Assembly (NCBI GenBank): GCA_963796105.1
Contig: CAWCKJ010000004.1
Span: forward strand, 992,001-1,056,000
Origin: a candidate division FCPU426 bacterium
GTDB taxonomy: Bacteria; Oederibacteriota; Muellerivitia; Muellerivitales; Muellerivitaceae
Reading direction: 5' to 3'
DNA: 64,000 nucleotides
Shown one piece after another: positions 9,237 through 18,724 of this stretch (its first letter is position 1; the number at the start of each line of letters is the position of its first letter). Under the pieces are notes generated by a model. It saw only the letters and a program-made list of their open reading frames with translations, was not told the origin of the DNA and did no database searches. Position numbers and translations under genes: made by a program.

Positions 9237-10898
9237 ATGATTTCAACGAGAGACCTTACCCTTCGTTTCGGCAAAAAGACACTGTTTGACAGCGTCACGG
9301 TCAAGTTCAATCCCGGCTATTGCTATGGGCTGATCGGGGCCAATGGCGCCGGGAAATCCACCTTCATCAAGATCCTGGCGGGGCAGATCAAGCCGGACGA
9401 GGGCGAAGTGGCGGTGGATAAGGGGGTCCGGGTCGGGCTCCTGAAGCAGGACCAATACGCTTTCGAGGAATTCACGGTCTTGGACACGGTTTTGATGGGG
9501 CGGGAGGACCTCTGGAAGATCCAGCGCGAGAAGGACGCCCTTTACGCGAAGCCCCACATGACCCACGACGAGGGCTTGAGGGCCGCGGAACTGGAGGCCC
9601 AATTCGGGGATATGGACGGTTACGCCGTGACCGCGGCCGCGGGAGAATTGCTGGAGGGCCTCGGGATCGAGACCGCCAAGCATGATTGGACCATGAAACA
9701 GCTCACCGGAGGATGGAAAATAAGGGTCCTCCTGGCCCAGGTGCTTTACGCCAAGCCGGACGTCCTTCTCCTGGACGAGCCCACCAACCACTTGGACATC
9801 CGGACCATCGACTGGCTGGAAGACTATTTGAACGGCTACGACGGAACCATCATCGTCATTTCCCACGACCGGCACTTCCTGAACCATGTCTGCACCCATA
9901 TCGCCGATGTGGACCGGCAAAAGGTCACGATCTACACGGGCGATTACGACTTTTTCGTCCTCGCCTCCCAGCAGACGCTCGACCAGAAACTCTCCGAGAA
10001 CGCCCGTAAGGAAAAGCACATCGCCGAACTCAAGGTCTTCATCGCCAGGTTCTCCGCGAACGCCTCCAAGAGCGCCCAGGCCTCCAGCAGGGCCAGGTTA
10101 CTGGAGAAAATCGAGCTGGAGGAGATCATTCCCTCCTCCCGCCAGTATCCAAGGCTTTATTTCAAGGATAAGCAGGGCAGCGGGAAGGATATTTTGAACG
10201 TCAAGAGCATCAGCAAGTCCTATGGGGATTTGAAGGTGATAAAGAAGATCAGTTTTATCGTGGGGAGCGGGGACAAGATGGCCATCATCGGGCCCAACGG
10301 GGTGGGGAAGACCACCTTGATCAAGTGCCTGCTGGGCGGCTACCAGGCCGAGGGTTCGGCTATTGCCCAATGGGGCTTGAAGGCCGACGAGGGGCAGGCG
10401 GTGTGGGGAAGCACCGTGCGGCTTTCCAGCATGCCCCAGGACGTGAAAGACGAGTTGACGCAGGATATGACCGCATTGGAGTGGCTCCGGCAGTTCGCGC
10501 CATTGGAAGAGGGCCAGGTCATCCGGGGGATGCTGGGACGCATGCTCTTTTCCGGGGAGGAGCAGGAGAAAAAAGTTCAGGTCCTTTCAGGGGGGGAATG
10601 CCAGAGGATGGTTCTGGCCCGGCTCATGCTGGAGGGGGGGAATGTCCTGATCCTGGATGAGCCCACCAACCATATGGACTTGGAATCCATCGAGTCCTTG
10701 AGCAAGGCCATGGATGAGTACGCGGGTACCGTTATTTTCTCGTCACATGACCAGAACCTGATCGACAAGGTGGCCAACCGGATCTTGGAACTGAAAATGG
10801 ACGGCACTTACACGGACTTCAAGGGCCGGTACGCCGAATACCTGGAATACCAGGCCAGGGAAGCAAGATTGAAAAGGGAAAAAGCGGGGAAAAAGTAA
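9237..10898 (+). CDS. ABC-F family ATPase (YbiT/YkpA-like)
   Basis: Two ABC domains (GANGAGKST...LLDEPTNHLD...SHDRHFL; GPNGVGKTT...LSGGE...LDEPTNHMD), linker RFSANASKSAQASSR, no TM segments. Confidence 0.92.
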   Translation: MISTRDLTLRFGKKTLFDSVTVKFNPGYCYGLIGANGAGKSTFIKILAGQIKPDEGEVAVDKGVRVGLLKQDQYAFEEFTVLDTVLMGREDLWKIQREKDALYAKPHMTHDEGLRAAELEAQFGDMDGYAVTAAAGELLEGLGIETAKHDWTMKQLTGGWKIRVLLAQVLYAKPDVLLLDEPTNHLDIRTIDWLEDYLNGYDGTIIVISHDRHFLNHVCTHIADVDRQKVTIYTGDYDFFVLASQQTLDQKLSENARKEKHIAELKVFIARFSANASKSAQASSRARLLEKIELEEIIPSSRQYPRLYFKDKQGSGKDILNVKSISKSYGDLKVIKKISFIVGSGDKMAIIGPNGVGKTTLIKCLLGGYQAEGSAIAQWGLKADEGQAVWGSTVRLSSMPQDVKDELTQDMTALEWLRQFAPLEEGQVIRGMLGRMLFSGEEQEKKVQVLSGGECQRMVLARLMLEGGNVLILDEPTNHMDLESIESLSKAMDEYAGTVIFSSHDQNLIDKVANRILELKMDGTYTDFKGRYAEYLEYQAREARLKREKAGKK

Positions 10899-10951
10899 CG
10901 GAATTTCCGGGACGGGAGCATGAATCGAAATTAACCATCAGCCGGATGCGC

Positions 10952-11377
10952 TTATTCCAAAGGCTCCCTGTTTTGGAAACCGCCTTCAAGGGGATGCCAG
11001 TGCGCGACCGCCTTTTCCCCTTCCTTCCAGCAGAGAAAAATGACCTTCCCGTTGAGTTTGCAATAAAAATCCACCAAGCCCCCGTCCAAGTCCTTCAAAA
11101 CCGCGCCTAACTTTTGGAGGGAATCCAGTTTCACCTCGAACTGGTCAGCCTGGAGGCGAAGGGAATCCATGCACTTGATGACATTTTCCTGGGCCGCGGG
11201 GGTCAGCTGGTTATCCGGGGCGGCCCCGGTCATTTCCTCAATCTCAATCTGCGCCTGGATCCTGAAAATGGAGGCCCTGAGTTCCCTCAATGACTTCAAG
11301 AATCCATGGATTTGGGGAAGAAGCTCGTTGGCTTCCCGGATTGAGAGTATTTTAAATTTCGCTTTTCCGCCCGGCAT
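10952..11377 (-). CDS. DUF2203 family protein
   Basis: EANELLP...G..LKDLD.GLVDF......IFLCWKEGE..V.HWH....GF..R.PL. Confidence 0.85.
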   Translation of the reverse strand: MPGGKAKFKILSIREANELLPQIHGFLKSLRELRASIFRIQAQIEIEEMTGAAPDNQLTPAAQENVIKCMDSLRLQADQFEVKLDSLQKLGAVLKDLDGGLVDFYCKLNGKVIFLCWKEGEKAVAHWHPLEGGFQNREPLE

Positions 11378-11479
11378 GATCCACCTCAGGAATGGCTTCT
11401 TAATTCATTTTAGGTACCGCCTCATCCGCAAACAAGCCTCCGCCGCCTGGTTGAGTGGTAAATTATTGACGTCCAATAC

Positions 11480-11496
11480 TTGATAATAATTATCAA
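11480..11496. promoter_or_regulatory. Fur-family operator (perfect inverted repeat)
   Basis: TTGATAAT-A-ATTATCAA, containing the 7-1-7 Fur box TGATAAT-N-ATTATCA; TTGACG -35-like hexamer at 11466-11471. Confidence 0.8.
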
Positions 11497-11515
11497 ACGA
11501 TATATATGATCAAAG

Positions 11516-11800
11516 GTGGCTCAAAAGGCGAGCCGCTTGGGCTCGGCGGCCAGGTACGACCCGAATACGGGCGAACACCACCATGTGAGCCGCATAGGCT
11601 GCCATAAGGTTGTGGATGTCGAAGAGGGGGCGGTTCCCCGGTTCCATTGCCTCAAGCCCTTATCGAAGGAATTCGAGATCGTGGATTTTTCGCTCCATTT
11701 CAGGGTTTATTGCGCGGATTGCCTGAAAAAATCGGGGCATTTGAAACTCACCCGGAAAAGGGGTTCATCCCTTACCCGCGGGGAGACTGGGGCCTCTTGA
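11516..11800 (+). pseudogene. Fur/PerR family regulator, C-terminal remnant lacking the DNA-binding domain
   Basis: ARYDPNTGEHHHVSRIGCHKVVDV...F.I....L.F..YCADC; first CxxC degraded (SRIGC); no room upstream for the N-terminal winged helix. Confidence 0.75.
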
Positions 11801-11993
11801 AATTTGAGGTTCAAAGCCCAATGATCTTGTTGCGGGTTTTATGGGACAGCACGAAATGACGGCCGGTGAGCGACTGGGTTGTCACGTGTGATGAGGCTGG
11901 TTCAGCTTCCTTTATCAAACGGGGAAGAGGAAAAATATAAATAAGGCCGTGACCTTGAATGGCAACACGGCAAAATTACAAAAGGAGGATGTT

Positions 11994-12518
11994 ATGGCGA
12001 CTCAAGTAGGACAAAAAGCCCCTGACTTTCAGGGGGAAGCCGTTATGCCCAACGGGGAGTTCAAGACAATCAAGCTGTCGGATTACAAGGGAAAGTGGGT
12101 GGTGTTGTTTTTCTATCCCCTCGATTTCACCTTCGTTTGCCCGACGGAGATCAAGGCCTTTAACGAGAAGTACGAGGAATTCAAGAAAATGGGAGCCGAG
12201 GTGATCACGGCCTCCACCGACAGCGCCTACAGCCACAAGGCCTGGCAGGACCAGGGCGGGCTTGGAAAATTGAAATTCCCGCACTTGGCGGACACGGCCC
12301 ACCATATTTCCCGATCCTACGGGGTCTTGATTGAGGACAAGGGAATCGCGCTTCGCGGAACCTTCGTCATCGATCCCGAGGGGAACCTGAAGCACTCCAC
12401 GATCAACGATACGGCCGTCGGCCGGAACGTTGACGAGACGATCCGCACCTTGGCGGCCTTTGAGACAGGAAAACTCACCGGCTGCGGCTGGACTCCCGGC
12501 GCGAAAACAATCAACTAA
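11994..12518 (+). CDS. ahpC: Peroxiredoxin (AhpC/Prx1 type)
   Basis: AAGGAGG RBS; FFYPLDFTFVCPTE, GIALRGTFVIDPEG, GRNVDE. Confidence 0.93.
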   Translation: MATQVGQKAPDFQGEAVMPNGEFKTIKLSDYKGKWVVLFFYPLDFTFVCPTEIKAFNEKYEEFKKMGAEVITASTDSAYSHKAWQDQGGLGKLKFPHLADTAHHISRSYGVLIEDKGIALRGTFVIDPEGNLKHSTINDTAVGRNVDETIRTLAAFETGKLTGCGWTPGAKTIN

Positions 12519-12533
12519 ACATTTGGGTTTTGG

Positions 12534-12570
12534 AAAAGGGGCCCCTTCACAGGGGCCCCTTTTTTTATTT
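12534..12570. terminator. Intrinsic terminator (probably bidirectional)
   Basis: AAAAGGGGCCCCT-TCAC-AGGGGCCCCTTTTTTT between convergent genes. Confidence 0.85.
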
Positions 12571-12589
12571 TAGCGGAAAAGGGTTTCGT

Positions 12590-14746
12590 TTATTTGCTTT
12601 TGCCCCTCATCCATTGATCCAGCCATTCAAGGTTTTGAAGGGCTGTTGTGTGGTTATAGGGGGCCTGGATCGCGTGAAGATAGGCTTCCCGGGCCGAGGG
12701 CAGGTCCCGGTTCAAGAAATATAGATAGCCCAATTCGTTGAAAAATTCCGCGGAGGGATAACCTTGGCTCACGGCTTGCCGGAGGCATTGGTAAGCCGGG
12801 AGGGTCTTCCGGTCGGCCGTTTCATGCAGAAAAAGGCATTCCCAATAGAGCGATTCAGTAAAACGGGTTCCCTTGAACAGGGGATATAAATGGTTCAACT
12901 CCTCCTCGATGTCCCCATGTCCTTCCTGAAAGAGCAGGCGCATGCTTTTATCGGTCACGGCCTGCATGGCCTGGTTGATTTGGCGCAAACGCGAAAATGT
13001 TTCCCGGGTCGAAGGATCCAGGGGGACTTGGACCAGCATGGGATAACCATCCGGGGACCCGAGGACGGAACTGTGGGGAAGGATGGCGTATTGGGCGGTT
13101 GGGAATTCCTTTTTTAAAAAAGGGAAATAGTTCTCATTCACGATCAAAGCGCCCCAATCGCAGGGTTTTTCGGATAACCGGGGATTGAGGGAAGCGTTGA
13201 AAGGATAGGACGCAATTACGAGGGACGGATCGGGCGGAAAAACAAGGTTGGTTAAAATAAAACCAGGGCCTTTTTGGGAGGCGGTTGATTCGAGGAGCTT
13301 GAAGGCGCTTCCATACTGGTAAAAGCGGATCCCCTGCTCGGGATAAGATTGTCCTCCTTGGGGCGCCCAGGCTTTCGGACAAACGATAAAGAGGTGGTAA
13401 AGATCCAAACAGAGGGAGAGTGAGAGCATGGCCGCGAATATCCCCGTCCTCATCTTTCCCGCGGTCATGGGTCCAAAAAGGGAGGCCCATCCGATGGCCA
13501 CAACCAACATTAAGAAGGGCAGTATCTGGATAATCCTGAAATACTCGACGTTTCCGGTCAATAAGCCTGGAAGAAGGAAAAGAAGGAAAGAAAATATCCC
13601 CCATTGAACAAATTTGGATTTCCTGTTTTTTGAGGCCCAAGACAATCCCAGGAAAAAACAAGCTCCAAGAATAGGATTCAGGAATCCTCCCCAGTTCGGG
13701 GAATAGAAACTTCCCACGGCCGGGCCCCACCCTAAACCGGACAAATAGGAAAAGGAAGTTAGGAATTGTGACTTAAAACTTCCGGCGGAGTGAGGAAAAT
13801 TCAGGATCGAAAGGACGTATTTGCCCCAGGAATGGTTTAAAAAAACCAAGATGAAGTAGGGAATGCAAATCAATAATGCCGGCAAGAGAAAAGGCAGGAA
13901 AAAACGGGGCTTTCGGTCTTGGGAACCGCCCTGGACGATTAAAACCAAAAGGGTTAAAGAAATGGCCACCACCGTCCATGAGGTGAAGGTATAAAACCCA
14001 AGACCCGTCATGAAACCCGAAAGGATCAGGAATGTAAGACGCCGGATGGAATCCCGGGAGTTCCAGAGAAAACCCGCCAACATGAGGGTCAAATTTTCCC
14101 AAAACAAGACCAGGATTCCCGCGTGAGAGAAACGCCCGATCACCAGGGGCCAAAAACTCAGGGCGGACAATAGGAAAAAAATGAAAGAAAAGGATTTCGA
14201 AAAGAACAAGCGGGCCGCGACAAAGGAGAAAACAAGCGCTAACGTGGATAAAATCGCGGGGAAAAGCCAGAGGGACATTAGGGATGGTTCGAAGAACTTG
14301 AAGAAGAACCCCATTCCCCATATGTAAAAAGGCGGAAACTGGGAAGAGGTGTAAAAGAATTGGGGTTCGGCTTTCCCCAATAAACTTTGGGCCAAATAAC
14401 CGTGAACGGCCTCATCCTGTAAAGGCCAGGGGACGAGGGTGCTTAATTTGTAAAACCTCAAAAAAATGGAGGCTAGGGCCGGAAACAACCATAAAAATGA
14501 CCCTGTCGGAAAAAGGAAATCGGAAGGAAATAGGGTTTTAGACATTCCTGGGGAAGAGAAGTTGATTTGGATTAAAAAGGGCAGGATCAAGCCCAGCAAT
14601 AGGATCCAGCATTTGAAACCAACGTTCATTGATCCGTAAGAAACGAGGGCAAGTGTTATAGAATAAATTAAAAAATAAAAGACATTCGATTGAATGAGTT
14701 TCTTGAAGGTGCTTGCGTTAGATTGATGAAGAAGCGGGGTTTCCAT
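12590..14746 (-). CDS. Multi-pass membrane glycosyltransferase (GT-C/PMT-like) with C-terminal TPR
   Basis: LRFYKL......DEA..G..A, PPFY.W, many TM helices, G.G.YT.TSW, C-terminal NELGYLY......A..AY..A TPR. Confidence 0.65.
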   Translation of the reverse strand: METPLLHQSNASTFKKLIQSNVFYFLIYSITLALVSYGSMNVGFKCWILLLGLILPFLIQINFSSPGMSKTLFPSDFLFPTGSFLWLFPALASIFLRFYKLSTLVPWPLQDEAVHGYLAQSLLGKAEPQFFYTSSQFPPFYIWGMGFFFKFFEPSLMSLWLFPAILSTLALVFSFVAARLFFSKSFSFIFFLLSALSFWPLVIGRFSHAGILVLFWENLTLMLAGFLWNSRDSIRRLTFLILSGFMTGLGFYTFTSWTVVAISLTLLVLIVQGGSQDRKPRFFLPFLLPALLICIPYFILVFLNHSWGKYVLSILNFPHSAGSFKSQFLTSFSYLSGLGWGPAVGSFYSPNWGGFLNPILGACFFLGLSWASKNRKSKFVQWGIFSFLLFLLPGLLTGNVEYFRIIQILPFLMLVVAIGWASLFGPMTAGKMRTGIFAAMLSLSLCLDLYHLFIVCPKAWAPQGGQSYPEQGIRFYQYGSAFKLLESTASQKGPGFILTNLVFPPDPSLVIASYPFNASLNPRLSEKPCDWGALIVNENYFPFLKKEFPTAQYAILPHSSVLGSPDGYPMLVQVPLDPSTRETFSRLRQINQAMQAVTDKSMRLLFQEGHGDIEEELNHLYPLFKGTRFTESLYWECLFLHETADRKTLPAYQCLRQAVSQGYPSAEFFNELGYLYFLNRDLPSAREAYLHAIQAPYNHTTALQNLEWLDQWMRGKSK

Positions 14747-14884
14747 GGTCAAGGTGATTCTTTAGCTAGAAATTTACGGAATTTGAATAATTAACAACAA
14801 AAACGCCCCAAGCAAGAATTAATTTTGACCGGGCTTTGTTTAAGCGGCTGAGCCAATTTTAACTCTTATGAGGACTTATAAAAT

Positions 14885-16012
14885 ATGTCTTTTCTCGCGA
14901 TTTTTTTCCTGGGAATGGCCTTTTACATGGTCTATTGCGCTATTGATAATACGCTCTATTTCCTAAAATTCCCTCCCTTGGACACGACGAGGCGGATATG
15001 GCCATTCGTCAGCGTTTGCATACCGGCCCGCAACGAGGAGGCGCGCATTGGGCCCTGCCTGGAAAGCCTATTAAGCCAAGATTATCCCCATTATGAGGTT
15101 TTGGTCCTAGACGACCAATCCACGGATGGAACCCGCGATCTTTTAACGCGGTACTCTAAAAAGAACCGGCATTTGAAAATCCTGCGGGGGAAATCCCTTC
15201 CGGTAGATTGGGTTGGAAAGTCATGGGCTTGCCATCAACTCTCCCAAAAAGCGAAAGGAGCCTGGATACTATTTACGGATGCCGATACCTGGCACCATCC
15301 AGACACCCTTAAAAGAAGCGTCACGGCCGGCGAGAATCACCAAGCGGATCTGCTCTCCTGCGTTACAGGACAGGCGACCCAAAGCTGGTTGGAATACCTG
15401 GTTGTGCCGGTGATGGTGTTTGACCTGACGGCTTTTTTGCCAGCCAGATGGGCTATTAAACAAGGGAAATTCGGGGGAGCCAACGGGCAATTCCTATTCT
15501 TCAACCGAAAGGCCTATCAATCCATGGGCGGCCACGGCAGCGTTCGTGGCGAGATTGTGGAGGACCTGGCCATCGGGAAAAAAGTGACCCAGCGGGGCTT
15601 GCGCTTGGTCTTGTTGGACGGGAGTCGCCTAATTTCCTGCCGAATGTATCATTGCGCGAAAGAAGTCATTGAGGGCTTCTCCAAGAATTTTTTCCCGGTA
15701 TTTGACTTTTCCCTGCCAAAAGCCTTGTTTGGGATGAGTTTATTCATCCTCATCACTGTTGTTCCATTCCTATTACCCTGCCTTTATCCATCCGATACTT
15801 TTCCCTTTGACTCAGCCTTGATTTTAGCCCTGGTCCAAGTTCTCGCGAGGTTGAATCAGGCTTTTCGATTCGGATTTCCGAAAATATCCTGCCTGTTGCA
15901 TCCCCTGGGAAACCTTCTATTTATGATGATTGGGCTCAATTCCATATGGTGGTATTCAGTCCAGGGAAAGGGCCGATGGAAAGGAAGGGAACTGAAGCCT
16001 GTTTCAAAATGA
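14885..16012 (+). CDS. Glycosyltransferase family 2 (CrtQ/HpnI-like)
   Basis: SVCIPARNEE, VLDDQSTDGT, W.GK.WAC, FTDADT, ANGQF, IVEDL, C-terminal WKGR. Confidence 0.88.
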   Translation: MSFLAIFFLGMAFYMVYCAIDNTLYFLKFPPLDTTRRIWPFVSVCIPARNEEARIGPCLESLLSQDYPHYEVLVLDDQSTDGTRDLLTRYSKKNRHLKILRGKSLPVDWVGKSWACHQLSQKAKGAWILFTDADTWHHPDTLKRSVTAGENHQADLLSCVTGQATQSWLEYLVVPVMVFDLTAFLPARWAIKQGKFGGANGQFLFFNRKAYQSMGGHGSVRGEIVEDLAIGKKVTQRGLRLVLLDGSRLISCRMYHCAKEVIEGFSKNFFPVFDFSLPKALFGMSLFILITVVPFLLPCLYPSDTFPFDSALILALVQVLARLNQAFRFGFPKISCLLHPLGNLLFMMIGLNSIWWYSVQGKGRWKGRELKPVSK

Positions 16013-16023
16013 CGGGGGTCTTG

Positions 16024-16461
16024 TTACTTTGGGTTCTGCTTTTTTTTCGCGATTTCCTGCTGGACGAGATGGATCCATTCTTTGATATCAGGCTTGGGCG
16101 CGGGCGGGGGAGTGGGAATCAAGGGGCGGGATTGGGAAGATTGCAATGAGACCAAATTGGCGGCCCTGGCGTTTTCCTTGGACTTGTCCACGTAGGTTTT
16201 CTGGATATCGTCGAGCACTTCCCGCAGGACTTTTTTCTCCTCCAGGTTCAAGTTCCCTGAGGTTTTCTTGATGAGGGATGAAATCATGTTGATGGTGATG
16301 CGGGCCCTGGCCAGGTTGATGTCCTTGTCCTTGTAATAGGGGTGGACCAGCTCGCCCAGGTCTATTTTAGCGGAGGAGGCCAGCATCAAGACCAAGTCGA
16401 TGAAATAGTAATCCGTAATTCCCCAATCCCGGTTGTCTTTATAGATTTGAGGTTCCGCCAT
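16024..16461 (-). CDS. DUF1844 domain protein
   Basis: LG...HP......NLARARITINMI..L.KKT.GNL..EE..VL..VL..IQ..YV. Confidence 0.7.
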   Translation of the reverse strand: MAEPQIYKDNRDWGITDYYFIDLVLMLASSAKIDLGELVHPYYKDKDINLARARITINMISSLIKKTSGNLNLEEKKVLREVLDDIQKTYVDKSKENARAANLVSLQSSQSRPLIPTPPPAPKPDIKEWIHLVQQEIAKKKQNPK

Positions 16462-16464
16462 AAT

Positions 16465-17094
16465 CTAAACCCTTTCACCGCTTATCAAGCGAACAGCCTT
16501 TACCCAGGCGTCCCATTCCCCACCCAGGGGCTCAGCGGAACGATGATAATCTTGTTTAGCCAGAAATTCATTCAAATCTTTTAAAACCCTTTCCAGGGCT
16601 TTTTTCCCCGCGTCTCGAAGGCTTCCTCGGAATGAGGAACCTATTCTTGCGGATAAGGCTTTTTCCAAATGGGGTTGGCAAAGGATTCCATGGTCCTCGA
16701 ATTCCGTCCGCATTTTTTCGGAGTGGGCCCAGCTGAGGGCGAATTGCCTGGAATAAGTTTCGTCGCATTTTTTCTCGGATTCACAGACGAGGCAGGGTTT
16801 TGCCTTGGCCCAAAACCTGGAAAGTTTGGGCAAGTCGTCCATGCCTTTTTTCAAGAGGCTCTCATAGATCAAGCCTAACGCCAGGCTTTTGCGCATTCCC
16901 ACCGCCTGCCAAGCGTGCAGGCGGCAAAAGCCCTTGGATTTGAACAGGGACTCACGGGTCAAGGGATCTGTCGCGCATTCGTCCAAAACGGATTTCAAAT
17001 GGCCTTGGACGTAGTCTTGGACGAGAAAGCAGATAGAACACCGGTCGGGCTTCAGGATTTCCAGGTAACGATCAGGTTCAACCAGGGTTGGCAT
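16465..17094 (-). CDS. Cys/His-rich conserved protein (DUF6062-like); start uncertain (17094 or 17136)
   Basis: Two CxxC...FC..H/LC..H repeats and the KQDYH......E..AW..AV...SG tail. Confidence 0.65.
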   Translation of the reverse strand: MPTLVEPDRYLEILKPDRCSICFLVQDYVQGHLKSVLDECATDPLTRESLFKSKGFCRLHAWQAVGMRKSLALGLIYESLLKKGMDDLPKLSRFWAKAKPCLVCESEKKCDETYSRQFALSWAHSEKMRTEFEDHGILCQPHLEKALSARIGSSFRGSLRDAGKKALERVLKDLNEFLAKQDYHRSAEPLGGEWDAWVKAVRLISGERV

Positions 17095-17114
17095 GAGGGG
17101 GAAACCAGGCCGAA

Positions 17115-17702
17115 TTAAAAGATCTTTTTCAACCAAAAAGACTTTTTAGCCTTTTTTTTCTTTTCGAGCCGGCCCCGGATGGCGGTAAAGCCACTGACAG
17201 GGGAGAGTCCACCCAGCGGTTTCTGGGGCTGTCCGGAAGGCTCCTCAACCCGGGTTTTGGACCAGAAGTAATAACCAGCGCCGCCTAACGCAAGAATGAC
17301 CAAAAACCATAATATCAAATAGGTCCCGACATTTTTTTTGACCGGGGCGATATTCTCGATGGATGGACTTTTCATCGGAACGTTTGGAGCGGTCGGTATG
17401 GGCGTGGGAGGCAAAGAGGCGATGCTGATGGAATTGGGGGCCGCCGCCATGGCGGGAGCCTCAGGCTCGCTTTTTATTTTTTCAGTGTAAGAGCGGGGAA
17501 CGGCCTCTGTATTCTTTGTTTCGTCGGCCATTCCAATATCAACCCAGCTATTGGCTTGGGGAGTGGGAGTGGAATTAATGTTTAAAACGGTTTCGTTGGC
17601 TTTTTGGCTTTTGACGGCGTTCTTGTTCCCGCAGGCAGGCAGCAAAAGAAGGGATAAACCAAAAACCAAAAGAAAATTAAGGTGTCGTTTATAGGCGTTC
17701 AA
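17115..17702 (-). CDS. Hypothetical lipoprotein with C-terminal membrane anchor
   Basis: Lipobox LPAC, Pro/Ala-rich linker, TM segment YLILWFLVILALGGAGYYFW, basic tail. Confidence 0.6.
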   Translation of the reverse strand: MNAYKRHLNFLLVFGLSLLLLPACGNKNAVKSQKANETVLNINSTPTPQANSWVDIGMADETKNTEAVPRSYTEKIKSEPEAPAMAAAPNSISIASLPPTPIPTAPNVPMKSPSIENIAPVKKNVGTYLILWFLVILALGGAGYYFWSKTRVEEPSGQPQKPLGGLSPVSGFTAIRGRLEKKKKAKKSFWLKKIF

Positions 17703-17968
17703 AGGGGTCTCCGTCAGTGTTTTTATTTAACCTTATTTTACCCGTTTGAAAGACGCCGAAAAAGGGAATTAGTCGTGCGTTTGGAATCGCCACTAGTCAT
17801 GGTAGGAGATGAAAGTGTTGCCTTCTATCGGTAGGGTTTCAACGGCTATGCAACTAGTAAAACAATGGCCTGCCAACTATAGCTGGGCTTTCGCGTAATA
17901 GCCTGCCTTCGCTTATGTTTCGGCAGGGAACTTTTACAAACTTATTAATTGTTCAAGGAAGCGAAAGT

Positions 17969-18119
17969 TGGCGGAGAGGGAGGAATACGAACCGCGCTTC
18001 GCGCTCATAAGGGAAGAGACCCTTGTGTAACCAAGTTAACGACTGGGGAAACCACTGTTTCCCCAAGCTCCTTCCAGGGTTCGAATCAACTTTTCAAATA
18101 TTTTCGCTTTGCGAAAATA
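17969..18119 (-). repeat. tRNA-Ser(GCT)-linked 151-bp repeat unit ending in a copy of the tRNA 3' end
   Basis: 17969-17993 matches tRNA 18120-18144 at 23/25 nt; internal hairpins shared with the units at 18459-18724. Confidence 0.8.
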
Positions 18120-18211
18120 TGGCGGAGAGGGAGGGATTCGAACCCTCGAGAGGGTGTTACCCCTCCAACGGTTTAGCAAACCGTCGCCTTAAGCCGCTCG
18201 GCCACCTCTCC
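18120..18211 (-). tRNA. tRNA-Ser(GCT)
   Basis: Reverse complement GGAGAGGTGGCCGAGCGGCTTAAGGCG-ACGGT-TTGCTAA-ACCGT-long variable arm-GAGGGTTCGAATCCCTC-CCTCTCCGCCA. Confidence 0.96.
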
Positions 18212-18338
18212 GTAAGTTATAACTTAATCATCCAACGGCGGATCCAACTCAATCATATCGCCTGAAAGAAATGAACATTTTTCTATAGTTTTATTCCTGA
18301 TGGAGCTTTTCGTCCCGCCCCTTCTAACGAAGGGTCGA

Positions 18339-18359
18339 AAGCCGCTCGGCCACCTCTCC
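18339..18359 (-). repeat. Exact 21-nt copy of the tRNA-Ser(GCT) 5' end
   Basis: AAGCCGCTCGGCCACCTCTCC, identical to 18191-18211. Confidence 0.85.
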
Positions 18360-18458
18360 ACATGAAAACCATCAATTCACAATTTTACATTAAAAATTTG
18401 AAATTATGTTTCTATGGCCTGCCATGGGTAAGCCCGGGCTTATCCCGGGCGCATCGAA

Positions 18459-18724
18459 TGGCGGAGGGTGCAAAACATCGAACCGCGCCAAGCGCTCACA
18501 GGGGAGGATCCCCCTGTGTACCCCTCTTCAAGGCCATAAGGGCTACGCCCCTATGAACCCCAGGTTTTTGTCCTTCAATATAAATAATAATTCTGGCGGA
18601 GGGTGCAAAACATCGAACCGCGCCAAGCGCTCACAGGGGAGGATCCCCCTGTGTACCCCCTCTTCAAAGCCATAGGGGCTGCGCCCCTATGAAACCCCAG
18701 GTTCTCGTCTTTCAATATTAATTC
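18459..18724 (-). repeat. Two tandem units (135 and 131 bp) downstream of tRNA-Ser(TGA), each ending in the tRNA 3' end
   Basis: TGGCGGAGGGTGCA at 18459, 18594 and 18725 (tRNA); the two units are nearly identical. Confidence 0.9.

Noticed and set aside
17902..17927. Isolated hairpin CCTGCC-TTCGCTTATGTTTC-GGCAGG
   Set aside because: Looks like a single decayed REP-type palindrome; only one copy in the window and nothing further supportable
17969..18120. tRNA 3' duplication as attL/attR of a prophage or genomic island
   Set aside because: Only ~150 bp separate the copies, and there is no integrase or cargo
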